A stretch of DNA of 64,000 nucleotides from a virus, in the IMG/VR virus record IMGVR_UViG_3300013723_000002; one strand, written 5' to 3'. Below are positions 1 through 8,500 of this stretch, in pieces (position 1 is the stretch's first letter; every line of letters begins with the position of its first letter). A program made the position numbers and the translations under genes. The notes below the pieces were generated by a model. It was not told the DNA's origin. It searched no databases and saw nothing but the letters and a program-made list of their open reading frames with translations.

Positions 1-103
1 TGACAATATCCGGGCAAAGCTGGGTTATGACCCAACCAATAAAGATTACGTGGCCGTAGAAGATGCCTTGGCCAGTGGTGCACCATTTGTCTGGGTAATG
101 CGG
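1..103. repeat. Inverted-repeat copy A (continues beyond the window edge)
   Basis: Nt 1-103 equal the reverse complement of 28828-28930 with no mismatch. Identity breaks at nt 104/28827. Confidence 0.95.
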
Positions 104-508
104 GTAAAATCTGGGCCAGCATTGCCGAAAATCACATGCGCGGATGCTACAAATTCTGTGGGAATTAAAAACTTCATATTTACACCTAACGGCATTGAAC
201 AAAATGGTTCTTATACTAACTTTGCAGTTGAGGTTAATGATAAATGGTATAACGAAGATTTTAGTCAGAACAATTTACAAGACGTATTTGTCCAAAATAA
301 TATTCCGCTTAGAGTTTTTGAAGCTGAAGAGAGTTATTTTGGGGTTTATGCTAACGTTAGTATTGGTGAATGGCGTGTACGTTTAAAACCATCCCCGGAG
401 CAATCTAAATACTCAACTGGATATTCAGAAAGACTATTTAACCCCTGCCAGGCCTATGAAAATGGTATTTTTAGTTTCTGTTTGGCAAATGACCGTATTC
501 CAACATAA
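2..508 (+). CDS. Virion protein paralogue, 5' end cut by window edge: constant N-terminal segment shared with the 376-aa protein at 27955-29085, then a divergent C-terminal domain
   Basis: Frame is open from nt 2 (DNIRAKLGYDPTNKDYVAVEDALASGAPFVWVMR) to the stop at 508. Nt 1-103 are the exact reverse complement of 28828-28930. The downstream part diverges but keeps an I(S/T)C..AT.S motif. Confidence 0.6.
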   Translation, partial: DNIRAKLGYDPTNKDYVAVEDALASGAPFVWVMRVKSGPALPKITCADATNSVGIKNFIFTPNGIEQNGSYTNFAVEVNDKWYNEDFSQNNLQDVFVQNNIPLRVFEAEESYFGVYANVSIGEWRVRLKPSPEQSKYSTGYSERLFNPCQAYENGIFSFCLANDRIPT

Positions 509-520
509 AAGGAGTTAAAT

Positions 521-967
521 GTGGATTTAAAAGAAGCATTCACTTATTTAAGTGAAAATTATCAAGCACTAATTAAAACTAATGCTACAGTTTTGGGTGT
601 GGCTTATACGCCTGATGATAGTGATGCTGAGTTTTATATCATTGAGCTTTCACTTGATCAAGAAGCTAAAGAAGGGGAAGGTATTGATTATTACATCGTT
701 CATCTTGAAGGCGGTAATCTATTAAGTTCAGAAGGAGTTGAGGATCATTTCGGTAATGAAGATATTGATAGCTTGATTCAAGAATTGCCTGAATTTACCC
801 AAAATATTCAATATCAAGTGTATCAATTAGAGAATAGTCCATTTGGAGATGAAAGCTCATTTGCTTTAAAAACTATTTTCCCTGAACTACCTGATCCGGA
901 TGATTTTGAACTAACCACTTTTAAGTCAGAGGCGATTACTTTAATCACAAAATTGAACAAGCAATAA
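521..967 (+). CDS. Hypothetical strongly acidic 148-aa protein
   Basis: GTG start 6 nt after an AAGGAG RBS, immediately downstream of the previous + strand ORF. Followed by a hairpin terminator at 1037-1067. No recognisable motif. Confidence 0.5.
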   Translation: MDLKEAFTYLSENYQALIKTNATVLGVAYTPDDSDAEFYIIELSLDQEAKEGEGIDYYIVHLEGGNLLSSEGVEDHFGNEDIDSLIQELPEFTQNIQYQVYQLENSPFGDESSFALKTIFPELPDPDDFELTTFKSEAITLITKLNKQ

Positions 968-1036
968 ACTTGTAAAATATTAAAGTTAGTAATGCTCTAT
1001 TTGACCGGTGATAAAACTGTCTTATATAGCTAGTAT

Positions 1037-1067
1037 AAAAAAGCCCTATGTCAAATAGGGCTTTTTT
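1037..1067. terminator. Bidirectional intrinsic terminator between the + strand pair and the endolysin
   Basis: AAAAAAGCCCTAtgtcaaaTAGGGCTTTTTT. Confidence 0.7.
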
Positions 1068-1070
1068 AAT

Positions 1071-1122
1071 ACTCTTTTATGTTTTTACTCTTTAAAGTAA
1101 AAGAGAAAATACGCTTTTACAA
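1071..1122. promoter_or_regulatory. TTTAC(G/T)CTTT box cluster (with 8-bp inverted repeat CTCTTTTA/TAAAAGAG)
   Basis: actcttttatgtttttactctttaaagtaaaagagaaaatacgcttttac, immediately 3' of the endolysin stop. Confidence 0.3.
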
Positions 1123-1956
1123 TTAAAGCAATACTGCCCAAGCACGTACAAACAGTGTATTCGCTTCAGCTAAACCGATGGTGCCATTATTTATAGACTC
1201 ACGTAAGGCTGTTAATTGAAGGCCATCAGCATGGCGACCGCAACCGTTACTTTGCCAGTAATACATAGCAGCTTTAACCGCCGTTTCTGGCTCTGTAATC
1301 TTATTGGGAAAGTTTATTAGGTCTACATTAATAGCTTTTCCGGTTGCAGAAAAGTTATTTCTACCTGTGGTCTGAATCGCTCCACCACCCCGATACCGCC
1401 AGCCATCCCCATTATGTACACCGTTACCCATCCGACCGCCATATACACGGTTTGCAATAGCTTCAGGGCCTAAAGCGGCATACTTGATAGCATCAGCTTG
1501 ATTAAAATATTTTTTGAACGTTTTTAATAGGCCTTTTGCACTATAGTTAAGGTTTTCACGTAAAACACGGAATCCGTTAGATTCATGAATAGTCTGTGCA
1601 AGAAAACCACATAACTGGGCTTTAGTAGTAATACCGTATTGCGCGGCATATTGATTGATAAATGCGACAAATTTTGTATCCGCATTGGGATAGATAGCTT
1701 TTAAACGGGCAATATTTAGAACTGGTGCAGGCAGTAAACTGTTAAAAGCTCGGTTGCTGGCTGGTCCGAAAATACCGTCTATTTCCCCCTTATATACACT
1801 TAATTCTGCTAAAAAACGCTGTAGATCTGCAGCTGTCGCCTTATCCATATTCTGAATAGCTTTTAGCGTCCCAGCGCCCATAAAGGCGTCGATATTGCCC
1901 GTATAACAGCCACGATTCTTTAAGATCTTTTGAATTTTTTTGAGATTATCAATCAT
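1123..1956 (-). CDS. Endolysin: two peptidoglycan-binding (PG_binding_1-like) repeats + GH19/chitinase-like catalytic domain
   Basis: N-terminal repeats GNIDAFMGAGTLKAIQ and GEIDGIFGPASNRAFN. C-terminal FLAQTIHESNGF...YGGRMGNG...GDGWRYRGGGAIQTTGRNNF is typical of GH19-type phage lysins. Last gene of the late region, after membrane proteins. Confidence 0.85.
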   Translation of the reverse strand: MIDNLKKIQKILKNRGCYTGNIDAFMGAGTLKAIQNMDKATAADLQRFLAELSVYKGEIDGIFGPASNRAFNSLLPAPVLNIARLKAIYPNADTKFVAFINQYAAQYGITTKAQLCGFLAQTIHESNGFRVLRENLNYSAKGLLKTFKKYFNQADAIKYAALGPEAIANRVYGGRMGNGVHNGDGWRYRGGGAIQTTGRNNFSATGKAINVDLINFPNKITEPETAVKAAMYYWQSNGCGRHADGLQLTALRESINNGTIGLAEANTLFVRAWAVLL

Positions 1957-2267
1957 TAATCAACTCGCTTGTAAAATGGATGATCTTGTAAGATCTGTTC
2001 TGTTTTGATGGTCCGTAACTTCTGTTTTTCAGCCAGGTAGATCCTCAAGTAATGTATTGCTGCAGCGGCAGAAATGATGGCCAATATAATTAAGGCGATA
2101 GCGATATGCTGGCGTAGGCCAAACATGCCGCTAATAATGATCAGAACAGCTATAAGATTGCGGTTAAAACTGCTGGTATCGATCAAGTCATTAGGTAGAG
2201 CAATGGCCAGAATAGCCAGGTTGATATAGAAAACAGCCAAGAATGGGTAAATTTCTGATAGTGTCAT
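1956..2267 (-). CDS. Small 3-TM membrane protein, holin/antiholin candidate
   Basis: Three hydrophobic segments. ATG at 2267 follows a GAGGGGG RBS (the ORF track offers GTG at 2282). The stop overlaps the endolysin start (ATGA-type coupling at 1956). Confidence 0.55.
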   Translation of the reverse strand: MTLSEIYPFLAVFYINLAILAIALPNDLIDTSSFNRNLIAVLIIISGMFGLRQHIAIALIILAIISAAAAIHYLRIYLAEKQKLRTIKTEQILQDHPFYKRVD

Positions 2268-2365
2268 ATTAGACCCCCTCACACAGCCATAAGGCTTTGT
2301 ATCGATTCAATTTAAATTGGGTGAAAAACCATGCTTGTGAGGCGGTTAAATATAAATTTTTCATA

Positions 2366-2839
2366 TTATGGCCCGTCTATAGAATCCGCGGCCGCAGGTT
2401 CTAACATTTCTTCAGACAAGCCAAACTTCATACCGAAATGTTTGATTAAAACCGCATGGATTAGATGGATAATAGCTGGCGCAATAAATGAACCACAGCC
2501 AACGTAAATAGGTGTAATCAGCGTTAGGGCTTGATCTTGATGTAAACAGAATAAGAAGGCACAAAAGCCCCCAGTTATACAGATAGGTAGTTTTAAAGCA
2601 CGTGGTAAAGGTTTACCCCCATAAACGGGCGTTCGATAAAAAACGCCAATAATTGAACTTGTAACTAATAGAAAAATACACGCCGCAACGATTAATTCAT
2701 CCGCATAATAGGTTGCGTACGCACGTAACCCATGTGTATTTTTATTAGTCCCCACTGTTGCCAGCGCTTTGGCTGGCTCAAATGCCAAAAGTGAGGCTGA
2801 TACCAGCTTTACTTTCGGACTAAATAAAGATATTTCCAC
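2366..2839 (-). CDS. 4-TM membrane protein, holin candidate
   Basis: 157 aa with about four hydrophobic helices, lying directly upstream of the small membrane protein and the endolysin. Confidence 0.5.
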   Translation of the reverse strand: MEISLFSPKVKLVSASLLAFEPAKALATVGTNKNTHGLRAYATYYADELIVAACIFLLVTSSIIGVFYRTPVYGGKPLPRALKLPICITGGFCAFLFCLHQDQALTLITPIYVGCGSFIAPAIIHLIHAVLIKHFGMKFGLSEEMLEPAAADSIDGP

Positions 2840-2845
2840 TCTTTG

Positions 2846-3133
2846 CTATCTTCCACTTAGAAGTTTTAAAACGTTATCAATCCGGGCAAATAGCCCTTTA
2901 ATTATTGTTTCATGGTTCTCAGTACGCACTTTGGAATCGTTCCACGCTTCAGTTTTGTAATATTCAAAGATGAAGTTAAACGGCATGTCCAACGCCTCAC
3001 TCAGACTCATTTTCGCATTGTGTTGTAAGCTCTGTGCTTCTTGCAGCCAGCTCTTCCAGAAGCTGTCTGGCGAATCCGTAGAAAGCGGAATTGCACGAAA
3101 ATCGGGCCGGTATACTGCCGGCACCTCCTTCAC
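2846..3133 (-). CDS. Hypothetical small protein (start uncertain: 3133 or internal ATG 3010)
   Basis: ORF overlaps the 3' end of the 248-aa ORF in another frame. An internal ATG at 3010 would reduce the overlap to 14 nt. Confidence 0.4.
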   Translation of the reverse strand: MKEVPAVYRPDFRAIPLSTDSPDSFWKSWLQEAQSLQHNAKMSLSEALDMPFNFIFEYYKTEAWNDSKVRTENHETIIKGLFARIDNVLKLLSGR

Positions 3134-3743
3134 TTTCGTAAATGACTACGCCTTGATGGTCAAAACCCAGAAAAAGCAAGCTGGCCAGCTGCTCTTCAGC
3201 CTCGATATACACTTCACGTAATTGGTTATATTTATCCTGGTCAAGCTCACAAAATGCTTTATAACGCTCAAGTAAAGCATCAGCCGCCGCACGTGCATCA
3301 GTGAATGGACCAACTGCAGGATAATCAGGCGTACCCATTTGTAGGGCCATAGCGCCGATAATCCAGTCCTCAAGATCTTCTGCAAGTTTCTCTAATGCTT
3401 CAAGCTCCAAGCCATTTAGCTGGCGTACTGATATATCGCCAATTTGTATGCTGTCTTGATAGGGTCGTGGCTCATTGATCAGGTAATCATTGATATTTAC
3501 CTCTACTGCCAGGTCATTTTTCTCTTGAGCGGACAGATACTGCAGTAAGCAGTAATACCGCTGCTGACCGTGCATTGTTAGAGGCTTAATAGGGTCATCT
3601 GTAATACAACGTAGAAAAGCACTTAATTGATGTTCTAAAAGATTGGGATTGAGTTTGCCCACGCTAATGGCATCACCCAATTTAAGCTCTCGAACGGTTA
3701 GTTTTTCAGTCCCAATATCAATTGGTGGAAAAAGTTGCTGCAT
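2997..3743 (-). CDS. Hypothetical acidic 248-aa late protein
   Basis: Long ORF in the late operon, 9 nt downstream of the preceding gene. No recognisable motif. Confidence 0.6.
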   Translation of the reverse strand: MQQLFPPIDIGTEKLTVRELKLGDAISVGKLNPNLLEHQLSAFLRCITDDPIKPLTMHGQQRYYCLLQYLSAQEKNDLAVEVNINDYLINEPRPYQDSIQIGDISVRQLNGLELEALEKLAEDLEDWIIGAMALQMGTPDYPAVGPFTDARAAADALLERYKAFCELDQDKYNQLREVYIEAEEQLASLLFLGFDHQGVVIYESEGGAGSIPARFSCNSAFYGFARQLLEELAARSTELTTQCENESE

Positions 3744-3752
3744 CTTAAATCC

Positions 3753-4535
3753 TTATTTATACAAAGCGGCCAGGTCGTTTTTGTCCCAGCTGTTACGCGA
3801 AATAAATGAAACGGTCACTTCAACTAAAATCCGGTTTCCGTTTTTGTCCATCGGTGCAACCAACGGTGCCCCAACATTGACTAGAAATAACGGTGCATAG
3901 CGTTTCTTGGCATAGGAGAACGATACGAACGGCGGAATTTTGGAAGGGAATAGTGATTCAATTGAAGTGTCCTGAATAACACCACTGACAAGAGATTTAT
4001 CTGATAAGTAAGCGGGTAAAGCCCATTGCTGTAATAGGGCAAGTTGATTTTCTACTTCATGTAGAGCATCGGCCCAAGCCTCAAAAAATAGCGTGGCATT
4101 AATCTTGACTGGCTGATTAGAGAGATAGATCTGTGTACTATTTATTTTGGTAAAGTTTGAGCGTCCTTCCAGGCTGTTTAATTTATTTTTAGTTTCTTCA
4201 CTTAATGACAGTCCCAAAGCACTACCTAAATTATTATCTAGTGAGTTCACCCAGTCACCAGCCTGGACCATGCCCATAAGCGTGGGTAGCTTGTTTTCAG
4301 GGTTAGAATTTTCAAATGGCGTACTGTAATCAGCTTCAATGGCCATATCCCCCTCTGTCACAATTGATGTGACTGAAGAAGATCCAGAAATAGCTTTCCC
4401 CTCTTTATCGCATAGGGCAACACGTCCTAGAAAAATAGGATTAAGTAGGCCCCAATCTGAGGTTTTAGTTTTCGTATGGTACTCATAACTTGCATCTACT
4501 TTGGGCGCGTTATCAGTTTTAGAGAGTTCTTTCAT
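3753..4535 (-). CDS. Hypothetical late (virion-module) protein, 260 aa
   Basis: First ORF behind late box 4585-4600 (GGAAC lies 65 nt upstream of the ATG). Function not recognisable. Confidence 0.6.
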   Translation of the reverse strand: MKELSKTDNAPKVDASYEYHTKTKTSDWGLLNPIFLGRVALCDKEGKAISGSSSVTSIVTEGDMAIEADYSTPFENSNPENKLPTLMGMVQAGDWVNSLDNNLGSALGLSLSEETKNKLNSLEGRSNFTKINSTQIYLSNQPVKINATLFFEAWADALHEVENQLALLQQWALPAYLSDKSLVSGVIQDTSIESLFPSKIPPFVSFSYAKKRYAPLFLVNVGAPLVAPMDKNGNRILVEVTVSFISRNSWDKNDLAALYK

Positions 4536-4584
4536 TGCAATGCCTTAAATGAATAAGGCTTAGTGTAGGGAGGCTAAAATCTTC

Positions 4585-4600
4585 TTATTTTTTTTGTTCC
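4585..4600 (-). promoter_or_regulatory. Late box (minus strand GGAACAAAAAAAATAAG) upstream of 3753-4535
   Basis: GGAAC lies 65 nt upstream of ATG 4535. Confidence 0.5.
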
Positions 4601-4636
4601 AGTTCAGGACTACGCTAAAGTTAGATTTATTTTAAA

Positions 4637-4697
4637 TACGGCATTGACGTATATAGATATAAACACTAACATAGCTTTACAAAGTACGGCATTGACG
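4637..4697 (+). promoter_or_regulatory. Two direct 13-bp repeats TACGGCATTGACG (48 bp apart), each supplying a TTGACG -35; tandem promoters/operators of the TA pair
   Basis: 4637-4649 and 4685-4697. TTGACG-17nt-TAACAT and TTGACG-17nt-CAAAAT. Confidence 0.45.
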
Positions 4698-4733
4698 GAC
4701 TTTACTAAAAGGAACAAAATACTTAGGTGCTGT

Positions 4734-5057
4734 ATGACAAATATGAGAACCATAGTCGAAACAGAACCATTTAAGAGGGTTGTGGATGACTATTTCCCCA
4801 AAAGGGAAGACTTTGAAGAGTTAAAAACGTTTCTAGCTCACTTCCCTTTCGCTGGAAATAAGATTCCAAAAGGTGAAGGGACAAGAAAACTAAGATGGCC
4901 AGCAAAGCTTAAAGGTGCTGGAAAATCGGGGGGTTATAGAATTATCTATTTATATGATTCAAATGAAGATGAAGTCTGGCTCTTATCTATTTATGCTAAA
5001 AGTGTTACTGAAAATGTAGATAGTAAGAAATTGAAGGAGCTAAAGAAACATAAGTAA
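4734..5057 (+). CDS. RelE/ParE-superfamily toxin, HigB2-like (toxin-first TA pair)
   Basis: KLRWPAKLKGAGKSGGYRIIYLYDSNEDEVWLLSIYAKSVTENV matches the G-K-S-G-G-[YF]-R-[IV]-I-Y ... LL.IY.K core of COG4737/HigB2-type toxins. ATG 4734 follows AGGTG. The ORF-track start 4644 lies inside the promoter repeats. Confidence 0.7.
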   Translation: MTNMRTIVETEPFKRVVDDYFPKREDFEELKTFLAHFPFAGNKIPKGEGTRKLRWPAKLKGAGKSGGYRIIYLYDSNEDEVWLLSIYAKSVTENVDSKKLKELKKHK

Positions 5058-5182
5058 TCTGGAGGCCTTTAATAACCGAAAGTTTCTTAAAGGCCCCTGA
5101 AATTAATGAAGATAGTATTAGTAATAACTTTTTATTAAACAATCGCGATTCAATAACAGTATTGATTTTATAGGAAATATAT

Positions 5183-5497
5183 ATGAACTACTCTGATTTA
5201 GAGTTGCGGGACCAATCTCGCAATATTGAAGATGAGGTTCAAGCAGGCTTAGCTGAATATAAAGCCCGCCGTAAGGCACGTGTAACACAAGTGCCATTAA
5301 ATGAAGTTAAAGAAGCCCGTGCCAAGGTCGGATTAACTCAAGGGGACTTTGCTGCTTTGATGGGAGTATCTGTAAGAACTCTTCAAGAATGGGAACAAGA
5401 CCGCCGTGAACCCAATAAAGCCGCAAAAACATTAGTAAAAATCGCCTTAGTTCACCCAGAAGTATTGCGTGAAGTTAATGAAACATGCCCAGCATAA
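5183..5497 (+). CDS. HTH (XRE/NadS-COG2944 type) antitoxin, HigA2-like
   Basis: GLTQGDFAALMGVSVRTLQEWEQDRREPNKAAKTLVKI is the typical C-terminal HTH. The N-terminal part is charged and disordered-looking. Sits downstream of the toxin. Confidence 0.75.
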   Translation: MNYSDLELRDQSRNIEDEVQAGLAEYKARRKARVTQVPLNEVKEARAKVGLTQGDFAALMGVSVRTLQEWEQDRREPNKAAKTLVKIALVHPEVLREVNETCPA

Positions 5498-5520
5498 AAA
5501 TATATTTAAAGTTGAAATAG

Positions 5521-5546
5521 AAAAGGGCCACTTGTGGCCCTTTTAT
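5521..5546. terminator. Bidirectional terminator between the antitoxin and the 2184-aa gene
   Basis: AAAAGGGCCACttgtGGCCCTTTTATTT. Confidence 0.7.
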
Positions 5547-5553
5547 TTATTGA

Positions 5554-8500
5554 TTATCTAGCGAGTGATAACTCTGCCAGATCATCAAGCACTTCATAAA
5601 GATTACTTGCAAAGACTTCCGGATCGAGCTGGTGCGGCGTCTTTTTATAGGCTTCAATGATCGCCTCACGGCTTATCCCTTCTGCATTATCGGTCACAAT
5701 CGCTGGGATAAAGTGTTCCTTTACTTTCATGGCCAGCTTGTAACGTTCATAGCCCACAATCAAACGATAATCATGCCCTTCTTTAACAACTACAATTGGC
5801 GTTTTCATCGTTGGCTTTTTCTCTAACCGGACATACTTTTTAAGGTCTACCTTAATTTGGTCTACCCCGATCCGGTCAAACATTCCATCATGCTTCCAAG
5901 AGTCAAAAGCATGGACCAGATTTTCCTGGATCTTCGATACACCCGCTTCTTTTAAAGAGGCCAAAACCGACTTAATATTTCGGGCTGCACATTCCAGACT
6001 ATCCGGATCATTGGTAACTGTATAAACAAAACGATTAGCCAGTAATGCTTCACGGATTGCCGGATCTTGTATACCTATGCCAGATAGAATATGAGTATTA
6101 CGATACGGCGAAAGGATCAGGCCATATTCCAGTAATGCTTCATCCTGACGTAACTTACGTGGATTAAAGCCTAAATGCTCAATCTTCTCGAAAAGCTCTT
6201 CTACACTTGCCACATACGAAAGGTCAATGTTTCGCATGTATGGTGCATCTTCAGGTAAAGCATGGCGCTCTAAAATAATAATGCGCGTACTGACTGAAGT
6301 ATTAGCATTACTAAACGTAGAAGCCGGGAGATTAATGCTGGCCACTGTATAAAACTCTTGGCCTTCTTGTGCCTGCCATTTCTCAAGTCCTTTATCGAGA
6401 TTTGGCGAGTTCGGAACCAGGGCTACAACACGTCCACCTTCCCGCAAATGTGCACAGGCTTTTTTCAAATGCTCAAGCGCTAAAGATCCAGCATGACCAA
6501 ACGGCGGATTCATCACAATGGCATCATATTTGATCATGGTATTGTGTGATTCAAAGCTGCCCATCACCACGTTTGCATTCGGGCTGCTTAGCTGGGCACG
6601 GCTGGCCAGTTCACTTGATGGCTCAATCATGGTTGTATTTGTATCATTCGGGAACCAGCGGCCAATGGCGCCGTCACCTGCAGATGGCTCTAATACATCA
6701 TCACCATTATGGGCACCCGACCATTCAACCATTTTCATGCCCAGCGGTTCAGGCGTGGCGTACCAATCTTTACCGATCTTATTTGCCCGGTTGTCGCGGT
6801 TTTTACCCTTGTTGTAATAATACGTTTTAGCCTTATCAAATGCAGATAGACGGGCTATACGTGCATTCTCTTCATCATAGGCTTTGCCGCCTATCCCGTC
6901 CAAAAGGCTAGGTTCTGAATATTCAGCCGCATTGTACGCACTAATGATTGCGTCCCGGATACTGACCACAGCATCATCACCCTTGGCTAAGTTATCAACC
7001 GTTTCTGCGCGCTGGGCAATCACATTCGCAAAGGCTGAAGTTTCCCATTTTGTACCGGTAGTTAAATAACGCTGGATTGCATTAGAAGCCTGGCCAAAAC
7101 GGTAAATACGGCCTTCAGTCTGGCGTAATTTTGCCGGGCGTTTTGGTAGACCTAAATTGATGATAACGCGCTGGTGTACCCCAGTAGTGTCATGAAAACT
7201 AATACCTGTTGCGCCTGCATCGGACTGGACCATAATTACATCACGGCCACTATTGTCTGTATTGAACAGATCCGCATTCTTGGCGCGTTCAGCCTTGGAA
7301 ACACGGCCGTTAAACAGTAGAACGTCCGGGAAATGTGCCTTAATCATTTGAATAGGTGAAGGGAATTGTAGATCCAGGGCAACCAGATCCGGATGCTCCT
7401 GGGCAAACTGATCATATTCAATTTGTACCTGGTCAGCATTTCGATCTTCTTTAAATTTATTGGTGAATTTAAAAGGACTAAATCCTCCACCCTCATTGTA
7501 ATCATGAAAGACTACGATTTTACGGCCCAGCTGCAGATGCAAGTTAATTTGATCAATTGCAGCATCGGCTTTAATGGCTTCTAACAAACGTTCTTTAGAT
7601 AAGTAATCAAAACGGCTGTTTACTGCACGTGAAAGATTTGAATAGATCCGTTCATCTGCTTCATTTTTACTTTCCCATAGAATATCCAGGCCGCGGTCAA
7701 TCTCTTGGCCAGCAGCAGATTTAATCAAAATAAATTTTCGGTCATAGTCAAAAGGTACATCTAGCTCACGTCCAGACATAGCCCCAGCGGTTTTTAATTT
7801 CTCTGCAAAATTCCGCTCATTTACGCCACTATCAATTTTCCCATCTGGGCGGTTCAGCTTGTTATAGCGCATGGTATAGCCGAAATTCAGCATGAAGAAT
7901 TTAGAACGGTCATTACCTGAATTGTAGCGTAGGCCTTCGCTGGCATGTTCTGACGACCACATTTTGGCCGGTTCGGTGTAATCAAATAAATAGCCTTCGG
8001 CCCATTCGATACTTTTGACATAGCTAAACGGCGTAGCACTTAAAAAGATAACTTTTGTACGGCCGGCTGGCTGTTCACGCCAGTTTTGATGCCAGATCTC
8101 ACGCTCTTCACTACGCTTGGCCATCCATTTATCTGTAGCTTCGCCAGGGATAAAGGGACCATCTGCGAACTGGGTTACAGTAACGTTGCCGTCATCATCT
8201 ACAGAACGCTCTTCACGTGTTTCACGTGGGGGCATTTCCTCAGAAAAATGGTCATCGTACCAATCATAAAAGCCGTCATGGTGCCCAGACAAGGCTCTTA
8301 ATTTGCGTAATGCAGCAGTAACATTACCGTCTTGTGACTGCATAAGGTTATGTGATTCATCAACAACAATCAGATCCCATTTTTTCTTGGCCAAGTTAAT
8401 ATTTTGGGCAAAATTGGCATAGGTTGTGGCCACAATATTGTGTTCTTCCCCGCCGTTGTCTGTAATGCCGTCCAGCTGGTGAATGTCCAGGTTGAGTGGT

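Noticed and set aside
2846-3743. A 137-nt same-strand overlap between the 248-aa and 95-aa ORFs, resembling a gpG/gpGT programmed-frameshift tail-chaperone pair.
   Set aside because: There is no XXXYYYZ slippery heptamer in the overlap. No tape-measure gene follows (holin candidates do). An internal ATG at 3010 gives an ordinary 14-nt overlap.
4711-4727. GGAACAAAATACTTAGG on the plus strand upstream of the toxin gene, resembling the late box.
   Set aside because: It is only 23 nt from the toxin ATG, against the invariant 65-70 nt elsewhere. It overlaps the predicted -10 of the TA promoter and is in the opposite orientation to all other boxes, so it is probably a chance match in AT-rich DNA.
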